Below, in pieces: positions 46,019 to 55,427 of a stretch of 64,000 nucleotides of DNA. Positions within the stretch are counted from its first letter, which is position 1, and every line of letters starts with the position of its first letter. This stretch comes from Myxococcota bacterium (GTDB lineage: Bacteria; Myxococcota_A; Polyangia; Nannocystales; Nannocystaceae). Below the pieces are notes generated by a model that was not told where the DNA came from, made no database searches, and saw only the letters and a program-made list of their open reading frames with translations. The stretch spans positions 14,526 through 78,525 of the forward strand of contig JBCCHT010000056.1 of assembly GCA_039028615.1 (NCBI GenBank). The letters are read 5' to 3'. A program made the position numbers and the translations under genes.

Positions 46019-46916
46019 GGATCGGCTCAACGCCTACGGCTCGTTCCTCCGGGTGGTCGAGGCGGGTAGCTTCTCCGCGGCCGCACGCGAGCTCGGGGTC
46101 ACCCAGCCGACCATCAGCAAGCAGATCGCCGCCCTCGAGGCCGAGCTGGAGACCGCGTTGCTGGTGCGAACCACTCGCAAGCTGTCGCTGACCGACGCGG
46201 GCAACCAGCTCTATGAGTCGGCGCGGTCGATCCTCGACGAGGTCGCGCGCACCGAGGCCGCGGTCCGCCGACTCGACCAGGAACCGGTGGGCACCCTGCG
46301 GGTGAACCTCCCGCTCGTGTTCGGACAAGAGTGCATCGTGCCGCTGCTCCCCGAGTTCTTGCGAGCGCACCCGAAGATCGAGCTGGACCTGCACTTCACC
46401 GATCGATACGTCGACCTGCTCGAGGAGGGCGTGGACATCGTCGTCCGCATCGGCACCACGCCCGACAGCACACTCGTAGCGCGCAAGCTCGGGCTCACCC
46501 GGAGGGTGGTCGTCGCCTCACCGGACTTCCTCGCCCGACACGGCATGCCGCAGCAGCCCGGCGAGCTCGCCACCCGCCCCTGCGTGGTCTTTGCCAGCGG
46601 GGGTAGCGGCTCGCGCTGGGTCTTCGAACGCGGAGGGCAGCGCTCGGCGGTGCGGCTGTCCTCCATCGTGCGCTCGGACAACGGACACGTCCTCCGCGAC
46701 CTCGCCGTTCGAGGCGTCGGGATCACCACGCTCGCCTCGTGGCTGGTCGCGCCCGACATCGAAGCCGGCCGATTGGTGCCGCTGCTCGAGGACTACACGA
46801 TGCCCACCATGGACATCACGGCGCTGTACCCCAGCCGTCGCTTCCTGCCGCACCGCGCTCGCCGATTCCTGGAGTTCCTCGAGCGCCGCTTCTCGGGACA
46901 CCCCCAGCTCGGTTGA
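46017..46916 (+). CDS. LysR family transcriptional regulator (CrgA-like)
   Basis: GSFSAAARELGVTQPTISKQIAALE, RTTRKLSLTDAG, DRYVDLLEEGVD. Confidence 0.95.
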   Translation: MDRLNAYGSFLRVVEAGSFSAAARELGVTQPTISKQIAALEAELETALLVRTTRKLSLTDAGNQLYESARSILDEVARTEAAVRRLDQEPVGTLRVNLPLVFGQECIVPLLPEFLRAHPKIELDLHFTDRYVDLLEEGVDIVVRIGTTPDSTLVARKLGLTRRVVVASPDFLARHGMPQQPGELATRPCVVFASGGSGSRWVFERGGQRSAVRLSSIVRSDNGHVLRDLAVRGVGITTLASWLVAPDIEAGRLVPLLEDYTMPTMDITALYPSRRFLPHRARRFLEFLERRFSGHPQLG

Positions 46917-46925
46917 GCCCGGCCC

Positions 46926-48152
46926 TCAAGGCCAGCGGGCCAAGATGCCCACCAGCGCCTCGCCGTAGGTCGTGTTGAGGGCTTCTTCGCGGATCTCGTA
47001 GACCGGCGCCTCGCCGCTCATGAAACCGGTGTTCACCCGAGCCCGCACCCACGGACCCACGCCGGCCTGGCTCACCCACGCGTAGCCGAGGCCGAACTGG
47101 CCGTAGACCGAGTGCCGCGGCAACCGGTTGCCGGCCTGGTCGGGATCGCGATGCACGTAGAAGCCGACCGCATCGACGGCGATGCGATGAGCCGGGCGTG
47201 GGTGGAAGGCCAGCCGCACGCTGGCCCGCGCGTGCCGTTGCGTGTCGAGATAGACCCACGCGTAGCGGCCCTGCACGTTCCAGCCCAGGCGCCAGCGAAT
47301 CCCCAGCAAGTGGTCGAGCCCGTAGCCGAGGTGAATGATGGTGTCGCGCAGGCCTCCCGGGGCGATCGACACCCCGTCGACGTCGCTCTTGGCGATGGAG
47401 TGCGTGGTGACCCCGACCGCGAGTCGATCGTCGAAGGAAACCCCGCGCCGCGACGCCGCCCAGGGGCGCCCGGACAGCTCGACCTGGTGGTCGTGCACCC
47501 GCACGCGGATGTTGCTGGCGTCGTACCAGGCCATGCCGTGGCGTCCGCCGATGGCCATCCACGGCGTCAGCGACAGCGCCCACGCGCCTGCAGGACGCAG
47601 CGCCCAGACGCGGCGACTGAATAGCCCCCACGACTGCGGCACGTAGGCACCCGAGACATCGGCTCCCAGCCACAGCGTGCGCCGCAGCTCCGGGTCGCGA
47701 TAGCGGATGATCCCCAGCTCGGGATACGGCGCAAAGACCTGCCACTGCCCTTCGTCGGGGCGCTCGCGGTTGCGGCGACGGCCACGGCGAGAACCGGTGC
47801 GTGCGTCCTCCTCCCGCTCCGTCTCGGGCTCCTCGACGTCGGCCGTTTCGGGCTCGACCGGCTCCGCCGTGCTCGGTGCGTCATCGAGCACCTCCGCGAC
47901 CTCGGGCGGCTCTGTGTCCCTGCCCTCCTCGACCGCGGCATCCGCTGGCTCTGAACTCTCCGCTTCTTCGGACTCGGCCTCGCTGCGTTCGTCCTCGACC
48001 GGTGCATCGTCGGGGGCCTCGTCGCTCGCGGCCGCCCCGTCGTCGTCCATCGCCTCAGTCGCTTCGACGACATCCGACTCCAGCTCCGGCTCGACCCCGT
48101 GCCCGGCGAAGCCGAGCCCGAGCGTCACCGCCAGCAGGAACGAGGCAGCCAT
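46926..48152 (-). CDS. Hypothetical outer-membrane beta-barrel-like protein
   Basis: Signal peptide, acidic linker, then alternating aromatic/Gly-rich amphipathic strands. Confidence 0.6.
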   Translation of the reverse strand: MAASFLLAVTLGLGFAGHGVEPELESDVVEATEAMDDDGAAASDEAPDDAPVEDERSEAESEEAESSEPADAAVEEGRDTEPPEVAEVLDDAPSTAEPVEPETADVEEPETEREEDARTGSRRGRRRNRERPDEGQWQVFAPYPELGIIRYRDPELRRTLWLGADVSGAYVPQSWGLFSRRVWALRPAGAWALSLTPWMAIGGRHGMAWYDASNIRVRVHDHQVELSGRPWAASRRGVSFDDRLAVGVTTHSIAKSDVDGVSIAPGGLRDTIIHLGYGLDHLLGIRWRLGWNVQGRYAWVYLDTQRHARASVRLAFHPRPAHRIAVDAVGFYVHRDPDQAGNRLPRHSVYGQFGLGYAWVSQAGVGPWVRARVNTGFMSGEAPVYEIREEALNTTYGEALVGILARWP

Positions 48153-48158
48153 GCGGCG

Positions 48159-48656
48159 TCAGCCGCCAGTGACCGTCACTGCGAACGAGATCGCCGCGAC
48201 GCTCAGCACGTAGCGATTGCTGGTCACCGACAGCTGGGCGCTATAGGGGCGGCCCGGCTTGAGGGTCAGTCCCCCCGGCGACTCGTTGAAGAAGGTGAGC
48301 GTGACCAGCTCGCGGTCCTCGTCGAGCGACCACGCGAACTCACCGGGCGCAGCCGGAGTGCCGTCGACGGGGGTGCCCACCGCCAGGTCGGCCGCGGCCC
48401 CCGACATGTCGCTGGCGATGAACAGCGAGACGGAGCGCTCCATCTCGGTCTCGAACTCCTCGTCGCCGACCTCGGGCACGGGCAGCTCGAAGGGCAGCTC
48501 CACCGTGCCCAGTGCGCCCTCGATCTCCACCGTAACGCCGTCCGCGAGTTCGTCGACGTCGAGGCGAGCATCGCCCTGCGTCACCACATCGTCCGGGCAG
48601 CCCGTGGCCAGGACGAGCACCGCGAGCAGCGACGACGAACAGACAAGCCGGCCCAT
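48159..48656 (-). CDS. Hypothetical lipoprotein
   Basis: Lipobox LATG-C, acidic beta-rich body; ends 6 bp before the barrel gene start. Confidence 0.65.
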   Translation of the reverse strand: MGRLVCSSSLLAVLVLATGCPDDVVTQGDARLDVDELADGVTVEIEGALGTVELPFELPVPEVGDEEFETEMERSVSLFIASDMSGAAADLAVGTPVDGTPAAPGEFAWSLDEDRELVTLTFFNESPGGLTLKPGRPYSAQLSVTSNRYVLSVAAISFAVTVTGG

Positions 48657-48705
48657 GCGATCGGGATGGTAACGCACCCTCGCCCGCCCCGTCGTGACGC
48701 GGGCC

Positions 48706-49821
48706 TCAGCTCGGGGCGACCGCGGCGGCGATCTGCTCGAGCCACGCGATCCCGGCCTCGACCGTCGCCTCGGGCAGCCCCTGGACCCAGGCCACATGGT
48801 CGACCTCGGACGGCTCGAGAGGCAGCGGGCACGGCCCCGGATCTCGCTCCAGCTCCAACGCCGGCATCTCGGCCTCGCGCTCGCGAACGAACGCGGTCAG
48901 GCGCTTGACTCGCTCGGCGATGCAGTCGTCGAGGGTCTCGGCCGCCGCCTGCGTCACGATGCGTCGCGCGTCGAACTGCGACCCCTCGGGGATCCGAGCC
49001 AGGCGCACGTGCCGATACCAAGCCCGCAGCGCCACCAGCTGAGCGATGTACTGCACGTTACGGCCCTGACGAGGTTGCGGGCGATCGAGCTTGTCGATGG
49101 AAAACGGGCGATCGAGCTTGGGCAGGGTCTGGATCACGAGCCGCTTGGCGTCCACCGGGCGCCGCACGACCTGCCCCGCGCCGGTCACCGAGCCATAGCC
49201 CACCCGGCCGGGCCCCACGAGGCCCCCGGCGCCGCCCAGGAAAATCCGAGGTTCGCGCAAGAACACCCCGCGCACCACATCGCCCACCAGCGACGCCGTG
49301 GCCTTGTCCCCCCGCTTGCCCCAGGGCGTGAAGTTGAAGTGGATGAACCCGCTCCCCACCTCGCTGTGATCTTTGCGGGACGTGCCCCCGGCCATGAGCA
49401 CGTCGCAGAAATTGATGAGCGAGCCCAGGGTCACGAAGCTGAGCAGGATGGTGTGCTTGAGCCCCACACAGTGGGCCGTGGAGGCCTCTTCCTCCAGCAG
49501 CGTGCCCGGCCGCAGGTGCGCTCCGTAGCCCGCGCGGGCGTCATCGAGCAGCACCGCGCCCTGCACATAGCCCGCGTCGACCCGGGCCCGAGCCCCCAAA
49601 ACGGCATCGACCAGCGTTGCGGGCCCTTCTACGCCGACCTTGGCCCCGGGTCCCAGAAAGGTCCGGGCCCCCTGAAGCCGAGTACCCGGGTGTAGGACGA
49701 CACCCGAGCAGACCCGAGCCAACGAGACATCAGGGGCAACGTAGGTCTGCCTCGGGTCGACGATCTCCACGCCTTGGGCGGCGAGGGCTCGAAGGCGCTC
49801 GTCCATTTGCAACACCCCCAT
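48706..49821 (-). CDS. Stand-alone GlmU-like left-handed beta-helix acyltransferase
   Basis: GVEIVDP, hexapeptide repeats, LRPGTLLEEEASTAHCVGLKHTIL, LGSLINFCD, FNFTPWG..GDKAT; no uridyltransferase domain. Confidence 0.7.
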   Translation of the reverse strand: MGVLQMDERLRALAAQGVEIVDPRQTYVAPDVSLARVCSGVVLHPGTRLQGARTFLGPGAKVGVEGPATLVDAVLGARARVDAGYVQGAVLLDDARAGYGAHLRPGTLLEEEASTAHCVGLKHTILLSFVTLGSLINFCDVLMAGGTSRKDHSEVGSGFIHFNFTPWGKRGDKATASLVGDVVRGVFLREPRIFLGGAGGLVGPGRVGYGSVTGAGQVVRRPVDAKRLVIQTLPKLDRPFSIDKLDRPQPRQGRNVQYIAQLVALRAWYRHVRLARIPEGSQFDARRIVTQAAAETLDDCIAERVKRLTAFVREREAEMPALELERDPGPCPLPLEPSEVDHVAWVQGLPEATVEAGIAWLEQIAAAVAPS

Positions 49822-49879
49822 CGGTGGCCGTATACCACGATATAGAAGCGATCGAGCCTACGGACGACATGGCCGAAGG

Positions 49880-50794
49880 GTGAACGAGGAAAACACCGTC
49901 ATACACAAGCGTATCCCGGTGGGCGGGGGGCCCAAGGAACGCAACGCCTATCTCATCGTGCTCTCCGGTCGCGCGGTGGGAAAGATGTACAAGCTGACGC
50001 CCGGCGAGCACGTGCTCGGCCGCTCGGCCGAGGCCGACATCCGGCTCGACGACGAGGGAGTCTCGCGCTCGCACTCGAAGATGCGTCGTCGCGCCGACGG
50101 CAGCGTGGAAGTCAGCGACCTCGACTCGACCAACGGCACCTTCGTCAACGGCCAGCAGGTCCGGCACTTCACGCTCAGCGATGGCGACCGCATCCAGATC
50201 GGCTCGGTCACCATCCTCAAGTTCAGCTACCAGGACTCGCTCGAGGAGCAGTTCCAGCAGCAGCTGTACGAGTCGGCCACTCGCGACCCGCTGACCCAGG
50301 CCTACAACAAGCGGCACTTCAACGAGCAGTTCGAAAAGGACTTCTCGCACGCCATCCGGCACGGCCTGCCCCTGGCCCTGCTGATGCTCGACGTCGATCA
50401 CTTCAAGCGGATCAACGACACCCATGGGCACCCGGCCGGCGACCACGTGCTGCAGCGCTTGTCCGCCACCATCATGGCTTCGCTCCGCACCGAGGACGCC
50501 TTCTGTCGCGTGGGCGGTGAGGAGTTCGCCGTGATCATGCGCGACTGCACGGGCGAAGAGGCGGTGCAGCTCGCCGAGCGCCTGCTCCGGCTCGTGTCGA
50601 GCACCCAGTTCGTCTACGGCGGCAAGCAGCTGCCGGTCACCGTGTCGGTCGGCGTGTCCAGCTTCGTCCGCGAGCGTCACAAAGAAGGCACCGACCTGGT
50701 CGAAGAGGCCGACAAGTGCCTGTACGAAGCGAAGCGGCGCGGCCGAAACCGGGTCTGTCAGCCCAGCGACCTGTCCACGCCCCCCTCCTCGTAG
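49880..50794 (+). CDS. FHA-GGDEF diguanylate cyclase
   Basis: FHA motifs LGR, VSRSH, DLDSTNGTFVNG; RDPLT, DVDHFKRINDTHGH, I-site RTED, GGEEF, AKRRGRNR. Confidence 0.92.
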   Translation: MNEENTVIHKRIPVGGGPKERNAYLIVLSGRAVGKMYKLTPGEHVLGRSAEADIRLDDEGVSRSHSKMRRRADGSVEVSDLDSTNGTFVNGQQVRHFTLSDGDRIQIGSVTILKFSYQDSLEEQFQQQLYESATRDPLTQAYNKRHFNEQFEKDFSHAIRHGLPLALLMLDVDHFKRINDTHGHPAGDHVLQRLSATIMASLRTEDAFCRVGGEEFAVIMRDCTGEEAVQLAERLLRLVSSTQFVYGGKQLPVTVSVGVSSFVRERHKEGTDLVEEADKCLYEAKRRGRNRVCQPSDLSTPPSS

Positions 50795-50836
50795 GCGCCT
50801 GCGCCACGCTGCGACAGTGCTAGGCTGTCGCCCTCA

Positions 50837-51466
50837 ATGGCTCAGCTCAGCGACGAAGAGCTCCGGGACGCAGCCGCCGAGGCGGGGATCTCCCCCAACG
50901 AACTCCGCCACGCGCTCGCCGAGCGCGAAGGCACCGACCTGGCTCGCCCCGACGAAGCCAAGAGCCTGATGGGCCCGCCCGCCCGGGGCACGGCCGCGAC
51001 CTTCGTCGAGGGTCGCGTGGGCCGTCCGCCCCTCGATGCCCTGGCCGCGGTGCGCTCCTCCATCGAGCGCCAGAGCGGGCACAGCGGTCACGGCCAAGGT
51101 GACGGCGAGGCCGACATCGTCGACACCTCGCTCGGCATCAACTACCGCATGCGCTCCAAAGACGACGGCGGCGGCGGAGCCCTGGTGCGCGTCGACGTCG
51201 ACCCCACCTCGGGCAAGAGCTTCCGCAACCTCGCTGGGGCCGGCGTGGTCGGGGTCACCGTGGCCATGCTCGGCCTGGCCGCGCTCATCGGCTCGGTCAC
51301 CATGGGCTTCATCGGCATGGGGCTCGGGGCCTTGGGGGCGTGGTCGGTGCTCAGCCGCAGCGTGAAGCTGGCCAAGGGCATCGCCAACGCCCGCGCCATG
51401 AGTGCCCAGGCCCTCATCGAGGCCGAAGACGACGACCCGCAGCGCGCCCTGCCCCCCGGCGCCTGA
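50837..51466 (+). CDS. Hypothetical membrane protein
   Basis: LSDEELRDAAAEAGISP N-terminal helical motif and two C-terminal TM helices. Confidence 0.65.
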   Translation: MAQLSDEELRDAAAEAGISPNELRHALAEREGTDLARPDEAKSLMGPPARGTAATFVEGRVGRPPLDALAAVRSSIERQSGHSGHGQGDGEADIVDTSLGINYRMRSKDDGGGGALVRVDVDPTSGKSFRNLAGAGVVGVTVAMLGLAALIGSVTMGFIGMGLGALGAWSVLSRSVKLAKGIANARAMSAQALIEAEDDDPQRALPPGA

Positions 51467-51550
51467 GCCCGCGGTTCCCCGACAGCACGGGTCACTCCGG
51501 TCCGCCCGCGCATCCGCGCCAGTGGTCGGCCGCGATACGATGCGCGGGCC

Positions 51551-52753
51551 ATGGCCAAACCCTTGCGCTGCCCCAGCTGCGGAGCCCCCCTTCGGTGGAA
51601 GGGCGTGGCTACGGTCGTGGAGTGCCGCTATTGCCAGACCCACGTCACGACCGAGACGGGGGCCAAGACCGAAGACGCGGCCGTGGCCCGCACGCAGATG
51701 CGGCCGCGCAACCAGGCCGGATTGCTCGCAATCGTCTTCGCCCCCGTGGTCGTCGGCGTCGCCGCGAACGTCGCGGACATGAGCGTCAGCGGCGTGTTCA
51801 AGCCCTCGTTCGAGGTGGTGGAGGCCATCACCCTCGACCAGACCGAGGCCCAGATCGCGACCGCGCTGGACACCGAGGACGAAGAAGACGAACGGATCGT
51901 CTTCTACTTCGACCACCCCGTCCTCGACTACGTGCTCTTCGAGTGGGACGACGACCACCCCGAGCACGTCGCGAGCTTCGCCCTGTATGCGTTCGAGACG
52001 AACGACCAGCTCGCCCCCATCGTCGAGCGCATCGGCAAGGCGCTGGGCGAGCGCTTCATCGAGGACAAAAAGAACGACTCGTGGACCTGGCGCTGGGCCG
52101 ACGCCCACATCTACATCAACAAAGAGATGACGGTGCTCAGCTACCACTCGGACCCCGAGGACGACCCCGAATGGGCCGAGCGCACCGATCTGATGTGGTC
52201 GCTGTTTCTGTCCGCCACCGCCGGCCGTGACCTCGACGTCCCGGCCGAGAAGGTCGCTCGGTTCACCGGAGCCGGGGTCTCGCTCGCCCGGCTCGCGCAG
52301 CTCGACGTCGGTGTCGAGGTCGACCAAGCGACGAAGGAAGTACGCACTCGGTTCCCGGTCGCGACCGTCGACCAGGGGCACGACCTCGAGTTCGAGCTCC
52401 CCGTCGCCCACCCGTGGTTCGGACACATCGAGCTGGAGTGGCGCAACGCCGCGAACGGGAAGATGGACGGCGCGCGCTTGTGGCCGCCGTTGGGAAAGCA
52501 AGAGTTCGCGGATCAAGCTGCGATGAAGACGTGCCTGGAGCGAGAGTTCGGCACCCCGGAGACCATCGTCAACGACCACCTGAAGCAGGAGCACACCTAC
52601 GTCTGGTCGCCCGACGACATGGGTGCGCTGCGCCTGTACGACCACATCCTGAGCCTCGATCCGAGCTCGGACCACGGGTCCAACTACACCTCGCCACGCT
52701 CGAAGGCGGCCTGGTCCCGCGTGCTGTCGACGCTCGGGGCATGCGGCGGCTGA
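51551..52753 (+). CDS. Zinc-ribbon membrane protein with large periplasmic region
   Basis: CPSCGAP...CRYC, one TM helix, acidic soluble domain. Confidence 0.7.
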   Translation: MAKPLRCPSCGAPLRWKGVATVVECRYCQTHVTTETGAKTEDAAVARTQMRPRNQAGLLAIVFAPVVVGVAANVADMSVSGVFKPSFEVVEAITLDQTEAQIATALDTEDEEDERIVFYFDHPVLDYVLFEWDDDHPEHVASFALYAFETNDQLAPIVERIGKALGERFIEDKKNDSWTWRWADAHIYINKEMTVLSYHSDPEDDPEWAERTDLMWSLFLSATAGRDLDVPAEKVARFTGAGVSLARLAQLDVGVEVDQATKEVRTRFPVATVDQGHDLEFELPVAHPWFGHIELEWRNAANGKMDGARLWPPLGKQEFADQAAMKTCLEREFGTPETIVNDHLKQEHTYVWSPDDMGALRLYDHILSLDPSSDHGSNYTSPRSKAAWSRVLSTLGACGG

Positions 52754-52780
52754 GGTCGGCGGCCGGGCCCCGAAACGACC

Positions 52781-52815
52781 GAGAACTCGCCGGCAGGACC
52801 GGCGAGTTCTCTTTC
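52781..52815. terminator. Hairpin terminator between convergent genes
   Basis: Perfect 13-bp stem GAGAACTCGCCGG-CAGGA-CCGGCGAGTTCTC followed by TTTC. Confidence 0.8.
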
Positions 52816-52843
52816 GTCGTGCGACTCGAAGAGGCCGAAGCCT

Positions 52844-54646
52844 CTAGAACTCGCGACGGCGGCGGGACGCGACGCCCAGGCCGAGGCCGAGCGCGATCAT
52901 CATGAAGCCGCCGAAGCCCTCGTCGGTGGTGTTGCAGCCGCAGCCATCGCCACCGCCGCCATCGGCCGCTCCACCGTCGCTCCCGCCCGAGCCCGCCGAG
53001 CCACCAGTGCCGTCGGCACTGCCGTCGTCGTCGGCCCCGTGCCAGCCCTGCGCGAGGTTATAGGCCTCGAGCGCGCTGTCGATGGCCTCGGTGTTGTTGA
53101 CGAGCACCAGCGGCGCACCGCTGGGCATGACCTCTTGCACCTCTTCGTCCGAGGGCATCGACCACGCGGGCTCGTTGTCGAAGTCGGGCCAGGGCGCCCC
53201 GGCGGGCAGGTAGACCTGGCGACCGTCGGGCAGCAGGAACACGGAGTCCCCGTTGCACAGGGTGCGCTGCGTGGCGGTGAGGTTGGCGGCCACGTCGTCG
53301 AGCTCCGAGTTCTCGTGGAACATCGGATCCTCGGTCATCTCGCCCGGCGAGATGGTGGTGTACATGCGGGTCAGGTAGGGCTTGTCGTTGAGGGTCTGGA
53401 TCGCGTTGGAGCCAGGCTCGATGATGCGCAGGCGAAGGCCTTCGGCGAACGCGGTGCCGTCCCACGCCTCGAGGTCGATCTGGTCGCTGAAGCAGCTGAC
53501 GCACTCGTAGAACGAGTCACGATCGACACCCTCGGGCACGGGCAGGAACTCGTCGAGCAGGGGCTGGACCAGGGGATGCACCCCGCCACAGCCGCCACCG
53601 AAGTCGAAGTCGCAGAAGTACAGGTTCTGGGCGACGAGCTCGTCGACCACGCCGATGGGCTCGACGGTGGTGAAGACCTCGGCGTCCCACTGCTCGGAGA
53701 AGATGCCGCCGCGATTGACCACCTCGCTCGACCCGGCGTACTCGGTGACGAAGGCGCGGCCGTTGGCCTCGGGCGCATCGACGGCCTGGGTGATGAGGTC
53801 TTTGTAGTTGCCCGCGAGGTTGCCGAGGGTCCAGTCGACCTTCACCTGGTTGACGAGCACGTGCTTGTAGTTCTGGGGCACGGTGCGGGAGTCACCCAGG
53901 AAGAAGCTGCGAATCTCCATGTCCTCGACGGCCGCGATGCGGGTGAGTCGAAGCGGGATGCAGGGGGTGTCGCCGTCGAAGGTGAGGACGATGGGGTGGA
54001 TCTCGTCGACGTCGACGCCACCGGTCAAGCGCACCGCACCGAACAGGTGCCCCTCGTCGAGGTAGGCCTGCAGGATGGGCTCGGCCTCGGGGTCCTGCTG
54101 GTAGCCGTTGTCGTCGAGCCACTGGATGACCTCGGCCGCGGTACCGCCGGAGAGCACGGCGATGTCGTAGGCACCGACCGTCTCTTCGAACACGACCTCG
54201 GGGCCCCCCGGATCTTCGCCGCCCGTGCCCTCACCGCCGTCGTCACCCGCCGCACCGCTGGTGCCACCCGCTCCGTCGCCGGGGGGGAAGCCATCGTCCG
54301 ACGAGCAATCGTCGAAGGTCCGGTTGGTAAAGTAGGTGGGTACGGTGCCGGCGAGCAGCGCCTGCATGAACGGCTCGGAGCCGACCGAGAAGGTGGGGAG
54401 CGATTGCAGCGGGATGACCCAGCCGAACTGCTCGGCTTCACCCTCGTACTGAATCTGAATGTGGGCCTCGATGGTGTCCCCATTGCGGACGAACAGGATG
54501 TTCTCGCCCGATTGGTCGACCGGCATCGGCTGGGGACCCGCGTCGCAGAACGTGCCGCCGCATGCCTCGGCAGTCGTCGGGGTCGCCAGGTTGACTCCGC
54601 CCGCCGCGAGAAGACCGATCGCAAACACCAATGAACTGTGTTTCAT
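52844..54646 (-). CDS. DUF2330 domain protein with MYXO-CTERM sorting signal
   Basis: Signal peptide [47 protein letters not shown]-terminal GCGC + TM + RRRR. Confidence 0.85.
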   Translation of the reverse strand: MKHSSLVFAIGLLAAGGVNLATPTTAEACGGTFCDAGPQPMPVDQSGENILFVRNGDTIEAHIQIQYEGEAEQFGWVIPLQSLPTFSVGSEPFMQALLAGTVPTYFTNRTFDDCSSDDGFPPGDGAGGTSGAAGDDGGEGTGGEDPGGPEVVFEETVGAYDIAVLSGGTAAEVIQWLDDNGYQQDPEAEPILQAYLDEGHLFGAVRLTGGVDVDEIHPIVLTFDGDTPCIPLRLTRIAAVEDMEIRSFFLGDSRTVPQNYKHVLVNQVKVDWTLGNLAGNYKDLITQAVDAPEANGRAFVTEYAGSSEVVNRGGIFSEQWDAEVFTTVEPIGVVDELVAQNLYFCDFDFGGGCGGVHPLVQPLLDEFLPVPEGVDRDSFYECVSCFSDQIDLEAWDGTAFAEGLRLRIIEPGSNAIQTLNDKPYLTRMYTTISPGEMTEDPMFHENSELDDVAANLTATQRTLCNGDSVFLLPDGRQVYLPAGAPWPDFDNEPAWSMPSDEEVQEVMPSGAPLVLVNNTEAIDSALEAYNLAQGWHGADDDGSADGTGGSAGSGGSDGGAADGGGGDGCGCNTTDEGFGGFMMIALGLGLGVASRRRREF

Positions 54647-54901
54647 CTAACTAAGCTCCAAGACCTAAAGAGGTAATCAGGAAAGTCCCACCCGGAGCAT
54701 CGAAAGCAAGTAAAGGAAGCGTCCCGGGCAGGGAGTCGCAGTAACCGACCGGGCAAGACTAGCACCGTTGGCGGACGATGGCTGCACCGGACGCGAGGGT
54801 CGTCGTTCATCGAGGTTTGCACGCGGAACCGACCCTTCGGCGCGAGTCGATTGCGCATGATCCGCTGTGCAGACGCGCTCAGATCGGTATGCTCCGCGAC
54901 C

Positions 54902-55423
54902 ATGACCGAGCGAGCCTTCGTCCCCGTGAACGTTGCGGTGCTGACCGTCTCGGACACCCGCACTCTCGACAACGACACCTCGGGCGCGATGGCAGCAGAA
55001 CGGCTCGAAACGGCCGGACACCGCATCGCAGCCCGGATCATCGTGCCCGATGAAATCGACGTCATCCGAGGCAAACTCGCCGAGTTCATCGCCGACCCTG
55101 ACATCGATGTCGTGATAACGACCGGGGGCACGGGGGTGACGGCCCGCGATGTGACACCCGAGGCACTCGCCCCCCTCGTGACCAAGCCGATCCCCGGCTT
55201 CGGCGAGCTGTTCCGCTGGCTGAGCTTCGAAGAGATCGGGACCTCGACGATCCAGAGCCGAGCCGAGGCTGCGCTCTGTGACACGACCTATGTGTTCCTC
55301 CTACCGGGCTCCACGGGCGCAGTGCGCACGGCGATGGACAAGATCCTCGTGCAGCAGCTCGACATCCGACATCGGCCCTGCAACTTCGTCGAGCTGCTGC
55401 CGCGGATTCGGTCGCCGAAGTAA
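54902..55423 (+). CDS. moaB: Molybdenum cofactor biosynthesis protein B
   Basis: [58 protein letters not shown]. Confidence 0.93.
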   Translation: MTERAFVPVNVAVLTVSDTRTLDNDTSGAMAAERLETAGHRIAARIIVPDEIDVIRGKLAEFIADPDIDVVITTGGTGVTARDVTPEALAPLVTKPIPGFGELFRWLSFEEIGTSTIQSRAEAALCDTTYVFLLPGSTGAVRTAMDKILVQQLDIRHRPCNFVELLPRIRSPK

Positions 55424-55427
55424 CGCG

